Of a stretch of 53,157 nt of DNA, positions 8,807 through 18,087 are shown piece by piece (within the stretch, counting starts at the first letter, position 1; each line of letters begins with the position of its first letter). The notes under the pieces are model-generated. The model saw only the letters and a list, made by a program, of their open reading frames with translations. It did not search any database and was not told the origin of the DNA. A program made the translations under genes and the position numbers. Source of the stretch: an uncultured Bacilli bacterium (GTDB lineage Bacteria; Bacillota_I; Bacilli_A; RF39; UBA660); NCBI GenBank assembly GCA_934097105.1, contig CAKONI010000004.1, forward strand, positions 1 through 53,157, read 5' to 3'.

Positions 8807-11800
8807 TTATCTAGTTACTTTTTTTATTATTACGTATGTTGAAAATAAGGTTATTAATGATAGTAATGTTAGTGAAATTATATTCATTTTTGTATCTTTA
8901 TTTTCTATTTTTATACCTGTTTTTGGTGGGGTTATTTCTAATATATTGTTTGTATTTATTGTTATATTTTTTTCAATTAATTTGTTTATTATGGTGTATC
9001 CATCGTAGATGGTATTGTATCCTTTTATTTTATGTTCTTTTATTTTGTAAATTATTTCTTTGCCGTTTTCGTATTTATCTAGATCTTTTAGCACGTAAAT
9101 CCAGTTATTTTTTTTGGTTATTTTTATTTGTTTTATTAAGGTGCTTCCTTTATAGATGTCTACTAGTATTTCGCTTGGTCTTAGGCCTTTTTCGTTATTG
9201 TTGTCTTTCCATATTTTTGTTATTTTAATATTTATTTTCTTTGTGTTATGGGTATTGGTGATGGTTGTTTGAACTTCATTTTTTACTTTTGTTACTGAAT
9301 TTTTTATACTTGTTTTGTATCCTTTTACTTCGCTTTCTATTATTTCATATTTTATTTCTTGGCCATTTTTGTATTTATCTAGATTTTTAAAGATATAGGT
9401 CCAGTTATTTTCTTTTGTTATTTTTTCTGTTTTATATAAAATGCCGTCTTTATATAGTTTTACAGTTATGCTTTTTGGTCTTATTCCGTCTTGGTTATTG
9501 TTATCGTTCCAGGATTTTTTTACCTTTATATTTATTTTTTCTGGAGCGTGTTTATTTGTTATGTCGAAGTTATTTATTGTTGTTTCGTAGCCGTTTACAT
9601 CTATTTCTTTTACTTTGTAATTTATTTCTTTGTTGTTTGCATATCTTATGATGTTTTCAAAGGAATAGGTCCAGTTTGTGCTTTCGCTTGCTTTAGTTCT
9701 TGCTATTTCATTATCTAGGTGATCGTATAAAATAATTGTTATTTCATTTGGTCTTATTCCGTCTTGGTTATTGTTATCATCCCATGATTTGGATCCTGTT
9801 ATAGTTATTGTTTCGGGATTATAAGTATTTATTATGTCGTATCCATCATAGGTTGTGTCGTAGTCTTTTACTGCTTCTTCACTTACTGTGTAGTTTATGA
9901 ATTTTCCTTTGCTATATTCTGGAAGATCAGTAAATTCATAGGTCCAGTTTTCTTCTTTTGTTATCTTTTTTTGTTTTTTTATTATGGAGGTTTCTCCGAC
10001 TTTTCCCTCAAGGGTTATGGTTATGCTGTTTGGTCTTTCATATTTGTTATTTTCATCTTTCCAAATTTTTTTGCCACTTATCGTAACATCTTTAGGATTA
10101 TGAGTATTTATAATTATAAATGGGTTGTCTTCGTCGTATGAAGTTTGATAGTATTTTTCAGTTTCTTTATCCATTTTTTCATTTACTAAGTATTCTATTT
10201 TCTTTCCGTTTTCATATTTTGGCAGGTTTTCGAATTTATAAATCCAGTTTTCTTCTTTTGTTATTTTTGTTGTTTTTATTATGTTATTGCAAGTGTTTTT
10301 GCAGAGATTAATTGTAATTTCATTTGGTCTTAAACCATCTTTATCGTTTTGATCAACCCATCTTTTTTCTCCGATTATATTTATTTTTTCTGGAATATGG
10401 GTGTTTGTTATTGTGAAGTTATTTATTGATGTTTCGTAACCATTTATTTTTTCTTCTTTTATGGTGTAGTTTATTTCATTTCCGTTTTCGTTTTTAGGAA
10501 GATTTGCAAATTCATAAGTCCAGTTTTCGTCTTTTGTTAGTTTTTTCATTTTTATTACTTTGTTATTTGCGAATAATTTTACTGTTATTTCGTTTGGTCT
10601 TATTCCGTCTTGGTTATTGTTATCATTCCATATTTTTTCTATCTTTATATTTTTTACTTCTGGGGTATAACTGTTTGTAATATTGTAGCCGTTTATAGAA
10701 GTTTCGTAATCCTTTACTTTTTCTTCTTTTATAGTGTAATTTATTTTATGGTTTTCGTCGTTTTCATAACCTGTTTCATATTTATAAAGATTAGTAAATG
10801 CATGAGTCCAGTTTTTATCTTTTGTTAATTTTTCTGTTTTTATTAGTTTGTTGTTTGCGAATAATTTTACTGTTATTTCATTTGGCCTTTTTTGATCGCG
10901 ATTGTTATCATCGTTCCATGTTTTTACAACTGGTATGTTTATTTTTTGGCGATTTAGTATATTTAAAGTTACTGTAGAGGTATTACTTGTAACTTTATCT
11001 GTTTCATTTTTTTGATTTATTTTTGTTGTTATTTTATAATCGAAGGTTACTTCTCCGGTTGTGTTTTCTAATGGCAAAAATGTAAATGTCCCATCTTGTT
11101 TTATATTAAGGGTTCCTTGTAATAGACCATTTTTATAAATATTGTAAGTACCATTTTCATTTTTTATAGTACTTTTATTTGTAATTATTTCTATTTCATC
11201 AGTAACTCTTACTTTATCATTTCCGGTTTTTATGTCTTCTTTTTTGTTATTTATTAGATCGTTTTTTAAAATTGAACTTCCGTTTATTGTGCTTTCTTGG
11301 TATCCTATATAAGTTGAATTATTTTCATAGTGATCATCTTTTGTTATTGCGGGAATATCTACGGCTGGTTTATCAAACTTAAGATTTAAATTTGTTTTGT
11401 CGTAGTATGGATTATTTTCTGAGACTGTTGTTTTAAGGGTGGCATTTTCGTTGGTGTAAATACTTCCATGATAGGTGTCTTTTGCTTTTACTGTGTAGGA
11501 TAAGTTATAATTTTTGTTTGATTCAAGATTTCCAATTTTCCATTTTAAAATGGTGCCGTTTTCGGTTTCTATTACTTCGACTTTCTTGTCTATTAAGTTC
11601 TTTTTAGAGTCACTAGTTAGGGTAAATTCTTTTGGAATTATATCTGTTAGGACACTATCTTTTCCAATTTTATTTATACTTTCTTCGATTACTTTTTCGA
11701 ATTTTTCTTTTAATTCTTTGCCTGATAGGGCTTTATAGTTTTTGTAAAGTGGACTTTCTGAGGTGTTTTTTGGATTTATGGCCTCTAATTTTTTTAGAAT

Positions 11801-12583
11801 TTCTTCGACTTCATTTTCATTATCTGTACTACCGAACGCTATTGTGTAGATGTCTGCGGTTTTGTTTTCTTGTTTTAATGAATCAAGTGAGTCTTTGGCT
11901 GCTTCGGATGGTCTTTTTGTTTTAGTGCAATCATAGTAGGTGTATTCTATACATACGGGATCGTCACTGCTACCTGTTCCAAGTCTTTGTCCATTATAAT
12001 TAAAGTATGTTGGAAGGCCATCGGTTAGAATTATTACTATTTGTTTAGCGTCTTTTCTTTTGCCTTTGTTTAGGAATTCTTTGGCTCTTACAATTCCTTG
12101 TTCTAGATTGGTGCCTCCACTTGCTTTTATGTTATCTATAAAGTTTATTACATCTTTTTTGTTTGTTGTCATTTCAAGTTTATTTTTATTTGCAGTTGTT
12201 GCAAATTCTACGACTCCGATTTTTACACTTTCTTTATCATCCATAAGGGTGTTTACTAGATCTTTTGCGGCTTCTTTGGCATTTTCTAACTTTTTAGAAT
12301 TTTTCATGCTTTTTGATTTATCGAGTACTAATACTATATCAAGTTTGTTGCTTTTTCTTGTTTCTTCATTATATGGATTTGCTTTTATATTTAGATTTAC
12401 TTTTGCAAGGCGTCCATATTCTAGATTGTCGCTTGTGAATTCTTGGGATATTTTGCTTGCCTCTTTTGTAATTTCTATTTTTCCGGCATTATTTTGAGCA
12501 GATATTGTGAAAATTGTAATTAGTGATAAGAAAAGTGTACTTAAAATTAGTTTTATTTTGTGTTTTTTTAGTTTATTTATCAT
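8807..12583 (-). CDS. Sortase-anchored adhesin: signal peptide, vWFA domain, 7 CnaB-type repeats, PPKTG sorting signal
   Basis: MIDAS motif DIVLVLDKSKSM, plus GGTNLEQG and LTDGLPT. Seven repeats of W(N/K)DxNNxDGxRPxEITVxL...NWTYxFxNLPKYxNGxEIxYxxxE. The C-terminus is PPKTG, a hydrophobic stretch, then KKVTR. Confidence 0.85.
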   Translation of the reverse strand: MINKLKKHKIKLILSTLFLSLITIFTISAQNNAGKIEITKEASKISQEFTSDNLEYGRLAKVNLNIKANPYNEETRKSNKLDIVLVLDKSKSMKNSKKLENAKEAAKDLVNTLMDDKESVKIGVVEFATTANKNKLEMTTNKKDVINFIDNIKASGGTNLEQGIVRAKEFLNKGKRKDAKQIVIILTDGLPTYFNYNGQRLGTGSSDDPVCIEYTYYDCTKTKRPSEAAKDSLDSLKQENKTADIYTIAFGSTDNENEVEEILKKLEAINPKNTSESPLYKNYKALSGKELKEKFEKVIEESINKIGKDSVLTDIIPKEFTLTSDSKKNLIDKKVEVIETENGTILKWKIGNLESNKNYNLSYTVKAKDTYHGSIYTNENATLKTTVSENNPYYDKTNLNLKFDKPAVDIPAITKDDHYENNSTYIGYQESTINGSSILKNDLINNKKEDIKTGNDKVRVTDEIEIITNKSTIKNENGTYNIYKNGLLQGTLNIKQDGTFTFLPLENTTGEVTFDYKITTKINQKNETDKVTSNTSTVTLNILNRQKINIPVVKTWNDDNNRDQKRPNEITVKLFANNKLIKTEKLTKDKNWTHAFTNLYKYETGYENDENHKINYTIKEEKVKDYETSINGYNITNSYTPEVKNIKIEKIWNDNNNQDGIRPNEITVKLFANNKVIKMKKLTKDENWTYEFANLPKNENGNEINYTIKEEKINGYETSINNFTITNTHIPEKINIIGEKRWVDQNDKDGLRPNEITINLCKNTCNNIIKTTKITKEENWIYKFENLPKYENGKKIEYLVNEKMDKETEKYYQTSYDEDNPFIIINTHNPKDVTISGKKIWKDENNKYERPNSITITLEGKVGETSIIKKQKKITKEENWTYEFTDLPEYSKGKFINYTVSEEAVKDYDTTYDGYDIINTYNPETITITGSKSWDDNNNQDGIRPNEITIILYDHLDNEIARTKASESTNWTYSFENIIRYANNKEINYKVKEIDVNGYETTINNFDITNKHAPEKINIKVKKSWNDNNNQDGIRPKSITVKLYKDGILYKTEKITKENNWTYIFKNLDKYKNGQEIKYEIIESEVKGYKTSIKNSVTKVKNEVQTTITNTHNTKKINIKITKIWKDNNNEKGLRPSEILVDIYKGSTLIKQIKITKKNNWIYVLKDLDKYENGKEIIYKIKEHKIKGYNTIYDGYTIINKLIEKNITINTNNILEITPPKTGIKIENKDTKMNIISLTLLSLITLFSTYVIIKKVTR
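9001..10927 (-). repeat. Coding tandem repeats (about 270-290 bp) for the 7 CnaB domains
   Basis: A recurrent DNA block ggtcttattccgtcttggttattgttatc occurs at about 9478, 9750 and 10596. Plus-strand ORFs across this region are shadows. Confidence 0.75.
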
Positions 12584-12686
12584 TTATTCTCCCTTCTATA
12601 ATTTGAAAATTTATTTTTTTTTCTAAATTATAAACTCCTAATAATAATATGATTAAAACTTAAAAAACTTTACTCTTTTTGATATA

Positions 12687-12718
12687 CAAAAAACTACAAA
12701 ATAATTTTTCTGTAGTTT
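12687..12718 (-). terminator. Possible terminator after the PBP gene
   Basis: Stem aaactaca (12691-12698) / tgtagttt (12711-12718) with a 12-nt loop. Followed by TTTGTAT on the minus strand, so the T-tract is weak. Confidence 0.35.
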
Positions 12719-12725
12719 GGTTTGG

Positions 12726-13594
12726 TTATTTTTTACCCATTAAAAGTTTTATGGTGCCTGTTTCATAGTATCTTACTCCGGCTTTTGGGGTTTGATCTAC
12801 TACTATGTCTCCGTCGCCGACATATGTTATTTCAAAGTTTGATAAATATTTCTTTGCTTCGTTTTTTGTCATTCCTATAACATTTGGTACATCGTAATAT
12901 TTTTTGTCCATCCATTCGTAATCTTTTTCTTTTTGGTTTGGTTGTTTTTCTATGTCCATTATGTTTATCATATCTAGGAGAATTTTTCTTACGAAAGGTG
13001 TTGTTGTGTAACTTGATAAAAGGGCTGTTTTTTTAGGATTGTCTATGGCTAAGTAGAGTACTACTTTAGGGTCATTACTTGGAAGTACTGCCATGAAACT
13101 CATTATGTAGTTGTTTTCTAGATATCTTCCGTTTTCTACCTTTTGGGCTGTTCCGGTTTTGCCTCCTATTCTATATCCATCTATGTAAGTTACTTTACCT
13201 CCGCCTTTAGCGACGACGCTTTCAAGGGCCATTCTTAATATATTTGAGGTGTTTTTACTTATTGTTTTTCTCACGAGTTGTTTATTTTTTTCTTTATAAA
13301 TATTTCCAGTTTTACTGTCTAAAAGACTTTTCATTATGTAAGGTTTGTACAAATTACCACCATTTACTATCGAAGAGACTGCTGTTATTTGTTGAATTGG
13401 TGTTACACTTACTCCTTGACCGAATGCTGTTGTTGCAAGTTCTAGATCTTTTACATCTTTTAGGTTAAATAAGATTCCTTTTCCCTCACCATTTAAATCT
13501 ATTCCTGTTTTTTCGCCGAAGCCGAATAAGTTTATGTATTTAAAGAGTTTATCTTTTCCTAGTGAGAATCCCATTTTCACAAATCCTGGGTTGC
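12726..13594 (-). CDS. spoVD: Class B PBP (SpoVD-like), C-terminal segment of a split gene: second half of the transpeptidase domain plus one PASTA domain
   Basis: PGFVKMGFSLGKDKL follows directly on from the NSCN that ends the upstream segment. Has the KTG motif (GGKTGTAQ) and a single PASTA domain (YDVPNVIGMTKNEAKKYL...). There is no native start; the track's 'M' is a TTG inside the junction. Confidence 0.85.
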
Positions 13595-15285
13595 TTTGTG
13601 TCAATACACGAACACTTTAAAACAGGAGTTTGTCTTCTACAAGCAGGGGTTTGCAACGACTTAGACTTAAGTTCGTTTTTTGTGTTCATATCCAAATCTA
13701 TATCAATATCTGGTGTATTAAAATCAAAATAAATAGATAATTTTATATACTTTCTATCACCATTAACTTTTTCAACTATAACCTTATCAACTAATAAATT
13801 TACCAAATAAGGTAAGTTTTCTTTAATATCCAATTTTACACTTAAGCAAGATTCAATATCACTAAATTTTTTACGCATTTTTTCTTCTTCTAAGTTCTCT
13901 CTTTTCGAACTGTCTATTTGCTTTTGTAAATTAAATAATTCAGTATTAAATTTATCATTTCTTTTTTTAAATTCAAAGTCATCAATCATACCTTTTAAAC
14001 TTAAATCTAACAATTTATCTTTTTGTTTATCAATTTGTTCTATCTTTCTTTTTATTTCTTCTGTATCTAATTCATCAGTAAAATTCTTAACAATATTTTT
14101 ATATTCTGATAAAACTTGTCCCAAATAGTCTTTTTTATGTTTAATGAAATCACTAAATAGATTAACAAATATTTTATCAAGATAACTTTCTTTTATAATT
14201 GGAGATTCACATTTTGACACTCCATCAGTTTTATAAGTTTTACAAGCCCATGTTGGATTTAAAGAACGATTCGATCCACCATTACGAATAAATATACTAT
14301 TACAATCTTTACAATATAATTTAGCCGAATACTTATATTTTTTTATGTGTTCTTCAGAATTGAGTACATGCCTAGATGGTAATTTTTTTCTTCTTTCATG
14401 CAAAGCATTTGCTTTGTCCCAAAGTTCTTCTGATACAATGGCAGGAATTCTATCATCTTTTTCTATAATTTGTTCTTCTTTAGGTATTTTTTTCTTTTTA
14501 TGAGTTTTATAATCTTCCACCTCAGTAAGTTTAGCAGTATAAAATCCCTTATATCTAGGGTTGGAAAGCATTTTTGCAAGAGCTGTCCCTGAATATGGTT
14601 TTCCTTTGGAATTTAAATATCCCATTTGTGCTAGTTCTTCGCCAATTTTTTTTAAGCCAAGACTACCACTTGCATAAGTAGTAAATAAATACTTTATGAT
14701 TGGTGCTTCATTTGGGTTAATTTCATATATTCCATTTTTCTTATAATATCCAGTTAAATTACCACCGATTAATTTTCTATCTTTAATCATTCTATTAATA
14801 CCAAATTTAACTCTTTCTGATAATTTACGAACTTCATCTTGTGCCATACTAGACATGATAGTAAGTCTAAACTCAGAATCTTCTTGAATTGTATTTAGAT
14901 TATCAGATAAAAAATATACTATAACACCTTGTTTCAATAAATATTCTGTATATTTGATACTATCAACCGTATTTCTGGAAAATCTAGAAATTTCTTTTGT
15001 TAAGATTAAATCAATTTTTCCTAAAGTTGCATCTTCAATCATTTTTAAGAAAGAATCACGATTTTTAACAGCTGTTCCACTGATTCCCTCATCAATATAT
15101 CCACGAGTAAAAATCCAATTAGAATTTTCTTTTATCATATCTTCAAAATAATTTTGTTGATTTTCTAACGAATTTAACTGATCATCTTTATCTGTTGAAA
15201 CACGACCATAATATGCAACTTTTAAATTCATATCATAAATTGTTTTACCTTTCCTTAATTCTTCTCTTGCTTTTTTTATTTCCAT
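13549..15285 (-). CDS. Large serine recombinase (resolvase domain, recombinase domain, zinc ribbon, coiled coil)
   Basis: Catalytic region YYGRVSTDKDDQLNSLENQ and KEISRFSRN. Recombinase-domain motif AKMLSNPRYKGF. Zn-ribbon cysteines CKDC...WACKTY...KCE, followed by a coiled-coil stretch. The last 13 codons (PRICENGILTRKR) lie beyond the TTGC junction in host PBP DNA. Confidence 0.9.
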   Translation of the reverse strand: MEIKKAREELRKGKTIYDMNLKVAYYGRVSTDKDDQLNSLENQQNYFEDMIKENSNWIFTRGYIDEGISGTAVKNRDSFLKMIEDATLGKIDLILTKEISRFSRNTVDSIKYTEYLLKQGVIVYFLSDNLNTIQEDSEFRLTIMSSMAQDEVRKLSERVKFGINRMIKDRKLIGGNLTGYYKKNGIYEINPNEAPIIKYLFTTYASGSLGLKKIGEELAQMGYLNSKGKPYSGTALAKMLSNPRYKGFYTAKLTEVEDYKTHKKKKIPKEEQIIEKDDRIPAIVSEELWDKANALHERRKKLPSRHVLNSEEHIKKYKYSAKLYCKDCNSIFIRNGGSNRSLNPTWACKTYKTDGVSKCESPIIKESYLDKIFVNLFSDFIKHKKDYLGQVLSEYKNIVKNFTDELDTEEIKRKIEQIDKQKDKLLDLSLKGMIDDFEFKKRNDKFNTELFNLQKQIDSSKRENLEEEKMRKKFSDIESCLSVKLDIKENLPYLVNLLVDKVIVEKVNGDRKYIKLSIYFDFNTPDIDIDLDMNTKNELKSKSLQTPACRRQTPVLKCSCIDTKQPRICENGILTRKR

Positions 15286-15326
15286 AAATAGTACTTCCTT
15301 TCATGTGTTCCTAAAATTCAAGATAA

Positions 15327-15572
15327 CTAGGATGCTTGCATGGTAGCTCCATAATCAGCATTTGTCAAATCATTTTTTTCGTTCAATAAATATTCTTTTC
15401 TTACCTTTTTAAGTCTTCCCATAATAGAATTTTCCATTTCATTATATGTTCTTAAATCAATAACTTTTTCATCGTATAATTCTTTATTAACAATTAGCCT
15501 ATATTCCAATAACTTATATTCAAAAGGTAATTGTTTGGTACTAAACCTAACTTCTATATCATTTTCTAGCAT
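15327..15572 (-). CDS. Small hypothetical protein (81 aa) 41 nt upstream of the recombinase; candidate directionality/accessory factor
   Basis: Intact ORF with a GGAGGT RBS, co-oriented and adjacent to the recombinase. I recognise no motif. Confidence 0.45.
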   Translation of the reverse strand: MLENDIEVRFSTKQLPFEYKLLEYRLIVNKELYDEKVIDLRTYNEMENSIMGRLKKVRKEYLLNEKNDLTNADYGATMQAS

Positions 15573-15747
15573 TTAGATTTACCTCCAATAAAACCTATGT
15601 CAAAGTTTTTGGACTTATTCATTAGCATCACCTGTTTTAATTATCCCTTTTTGTAGAGAATTATCTTTTTCTAACGGATCTTTCAAATGAATTTCAATAG
15701 TATATTTAGTATTGTTACCATTATCAATTTCTAGATGATATGCTTCT

Positions 15748-15957
15748 TTATTTTTTTGTTATTCCTATTTCTGTATAATCTATCATATTTAGTTTGTATA
15801 TTTTTAAGCTTATTGCAATTATTATTTTCTTATACTCATTATCAGTATAAATATGATAAATTTCATGCTTTTCAGTTTCTAATTCTTTAATACTTAACCT
15901 GTAATCAATTAAATTTTCAATTCTTTCAACTTCACTATTTGTCTTTTTTATTTCCAT
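15748..15957 (-). CDS. Hypothetical small protein, possibly frameshifted at its 3' end
   Basis: Start MEIKKTNSEV sits behind an AAGGAGG RBS. The ORF stops just after an A7 run (15751-15757), and the +1 frame continues for about 45 more codons (KEAYHLEIDNGNNTKYTIEIHLKD...). Confidence 0.4.
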   Translation of the reverse strand: MEIKKTNSEVERIENLIDYRLSIKELETEKHEIYHIYTDNEYKKIIIAISLKIYKLNMIDYTEIGITKK

Positions 15958-16076
15958 ACTATAACCTCCTTGTAAGAAAAAAGAGCAATGCAATAATACA
16001 CATCGCTCTTTAGAATTTTTTCTTACAATACCATATTATCATAAAAGAGTGATTATGAATGTCCATCTTATATTTT

Positions 16077-16499
16077 TTAAATATTTCTTTTTTGCTTATA
16101 AACCCTATAAATAAGTCTACATTGCGATACAGATAAATTAACCTTATTTGATATCTCAGTCCATTTCAATTTTTGTGTTAAATCTTCTTTATAATAAATA
16201 ATTCATTTTTCCTTTTCTTTATATTTATTTAATCTTTTTAATTCCATGCTAACATATTTTAAAAGTATTTCTTTTTCTTTATAAAGCATTGATAATTTTT
16301 CATCATATTTTTGATTGTTAAAAATATAATATAAAAACTTATTTTTTTCTACTCTACTTGTAAAAACAACATCTTTTTTATATACAGTAGCTTGTGGTAA
16401 AACTTTTGATTTTTCACATTCTTTTTTATTCAATATATTATTTATTTGACTCTCTAATACAATAATCCTATCATTGGCCACTTTCAAGTTCATTTTCAT
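16077..16499 (-). pseudogene. Phage/ICE-type regulator (coiled coil plus sigma-70 region-4-like HTH, DUF1492-like) with an in-frame TGA
   Basis: The ORF ends at TGA 16203-16205. The same frame then continues IIYYKEDLTQKLKWTEISNKVNLSVSQCRLIYRVYKQKRNI to TAA 16077-16079, which looks like a region-4-type HTH. Confidence 0.45.
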
Positions 16500-16951
16500 T
16501 TCCCCCAATCTATTTTAATACTATAATTACTTATAAGATTTTTCTTGAGGAGGAAATGAATCTTATAATTTCTATAAAGCAAAAAAAGAGTGAGAAACAG
16601 CCTATTTTCTAAACTATTTTTCACTCTTTTAATTATTTCAACTTTTTGAGGACAAAATTCCCCATTCGATTTGTAAATTAACGATATAAAACGATCAAAT
16701 TCATAAAACAATAGAAAAATACGTAGCGCTATACCATACCCCTAAAATATAAATCTGAAACCTATAGTAATGTTGATATTATTATTTATCAAGATTTTTT
16801 TCACTAAACTTAGTAATAAAATAGGACAGAATTTTTTCATGTAGATTTTTTTCAATCAAATGTATTATCCATACTGAAATATGCTTTTTTTTACAAGTTT
16901 CTTTGTGCTGTCAGAAGTATTATAACAATTTTTTTTTAGCAATTTCTCTAT

Positions 16952-17179
16952 TTAACTTGAAATTTTTGGAAAATAACATAATAAATGAAATGAATAATTA
17001 AGCTTTACATCAAATTCAATTCCATTTATAACTTTTATATCAGTATCTAATGTTTCTATATAATTATGCTCTGTAAATGAAATGTACTTTAAATTTTGCT
17101 GTTTTGCCATTGTTAATATTTCTACTCTAAAACGCTTTTCACCAGTAACCAAAGAATGTACATGCAAATCATACTTCAT
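16952..17179 (-). pseudogene. PHP-domain phosphoesterase, N-terminal fragment
   Basis: MKYDLHVHSLVTGE...FTEHNY...NGIEFD matches the PHP N-terminal His motifs. It is only 75 aa, against a usual length of more than 200 aa. An in-frame TAA is followed by another 28 open codons. Confidence 0.55.
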
Positions 17180-17181
17180 AG

Positions 17182-17637
17182 TTATATCCTCTTTGAATTA
17201 TTTAATCGATAATTCAACTCCCAAAGAGCATTTTTATTGCTATCCCATCTTAATTTTTTTATAGCATCTTCATAATAAAGCCATTCCATTTTAGAATGTT
17301 CATGGGAAAGTTTTATGTTTTTACTTTTGCAACCAATTCCAAAACAGTGTTCATATATTAATATCACATCTTCTCCCCAAATGAAGTCCTTTGTCACATT
17401 GGGAACTGGCATTGTACAAACAGATTCTAGTTCAATTAAATCAGTAAAGTCAGTAATGCCTGCTTCTTCATTAGCCTCTCTAATACATGCATCTTTATAA
17501 GACTCATCTTCATCTTCTACTCCGCCAGCAATGCCTTGCCATATTTCTTTTGAACCATTTCTACAAAAAATCCCATATAAGTATTTGTCATTTTCTTTAA
17601 TGAATGGAAACGCCAATATCTGATGTGGTTTTCTCAT
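17182..17637 (-). CDS. NUDIX hydrolase (NudB-like)
   Basis: Nudix box GGVEDEDESYKDACIREANEEAGI (GX5EX7REUXEEXGU). 151 aa and intact. Confidence 0.8.
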   Translation of the reverse strand: MRKPHQILAFPFIKENDKYLYGIFCRNGSKEIWQGIAGGVEDEDESYKDACIREANEEAGITDFTDLIELESVCTMPVPNVTKDFIWGEDVILIYEHCFGIGCKSKNIKLSHEHSKMEWLYYEDAIKKLRWDSNKNALWELNYRLNNSKRI

Positions 17638-17977
17638 AATATCTCCTCACTTCTTTAACTAACATTATATAATTCTTAAATAAAATATGCAATATTAAAA
17701 AAACCATTTTTATAGAAATAGTTTTATGTGTAATTATATCTTCTGACAATGTTTTTATTTTAAAACTTAATATATCTAATAGTTTTGCTCCAATATCTTC
17801 TTTTAGAGAGTTTATATAGTTATATAATTTTTTTACCAATCTTTTCACATATAATATATCTTCATTATTTTCAACTATCATACAATAACAAAGACTGGTA
17901 TTTTCATATCCTTTCTTTATTTCTAATTTATTAAAATTATCAAATTGTTTAGACTCTTTATGAAATGTAACTAACAA
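17597..17977 (-). CDS. Hypothetical protein; the frame is open upstream without a start, so it may be the 3' part of a frameshifted gene
   Basis: The same frame stays open upstream to about 18112 (EKIAISLFDKLDKEILSINNGIKRNYLIKNVAYRF...). It meets ORF 18088-18369 at an A6 run (18115-18120). Confidence 0.35.
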   Translation of the reverse strand: MLVTFHKESKQFDNFNKLEIKKGYENTSLCYCMIVENNEDILYVKRLVKKLYNYINSLKEDIGAKLLDILSFKIKTLSEDIITHKTISIKMVFLILHILFKNYIMLVKEVRRYYEKTTSDIGVSIH

Positions 17978-18087
17978 ATTATTTTGATTTATCTGAATTT
18001 CTAAAATTTTATTTATAAATCTATATGCTACATTTTTAATTAAGTAATTTCTTTTTATCCCATTATTAATACTTAATATTTCCTTAT

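Noticed and set aside
8836-12497. Many plus-strand ORFs rich in L/F/Y/C opposite the adhesin gene, with similar ones opposite lon, ftsK, M16, aspS, ffh and the pilin-like gene
   Set aside because: They are typical antisense open frames of AT-rich coding DNA. They are fully nested in well-supported minus-strand genes and lack RBSs.
15573-15650. CATAGGTT motif upstream of the 81-aa ORF as a sigma-E or sigma-K sporulation promoter
   Set aside because: It matches only the CATA core. The -35 element and spacing do not fit either consensus convincingly, and the motif is very close to the RBS. This cannot be supported from sequence alone.
16203-16205. In-frame TGA followed by a continuing HTH: could this be TGA=Trp (genetic code 4) or selenocysteine recoding?
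   Set aside because: All long housekeeping ORFs are intact under the standard code, and Trp is encoded by TGG wherever I checked. This is a single case, inside an element with other damaged genes, and it has no SECIS-like context. A nonsense mutation is the simpler reading.
16496-16711. 71-aa ORF (MFYEFDRFISLIYKSNGEFCPQKVEII...)
   Set aside because: No RBS, a low-complexity hydrophobic composition, and it overlaps the start region of the neighbouring gene. It is probably non-coding spacer within the decayed element.
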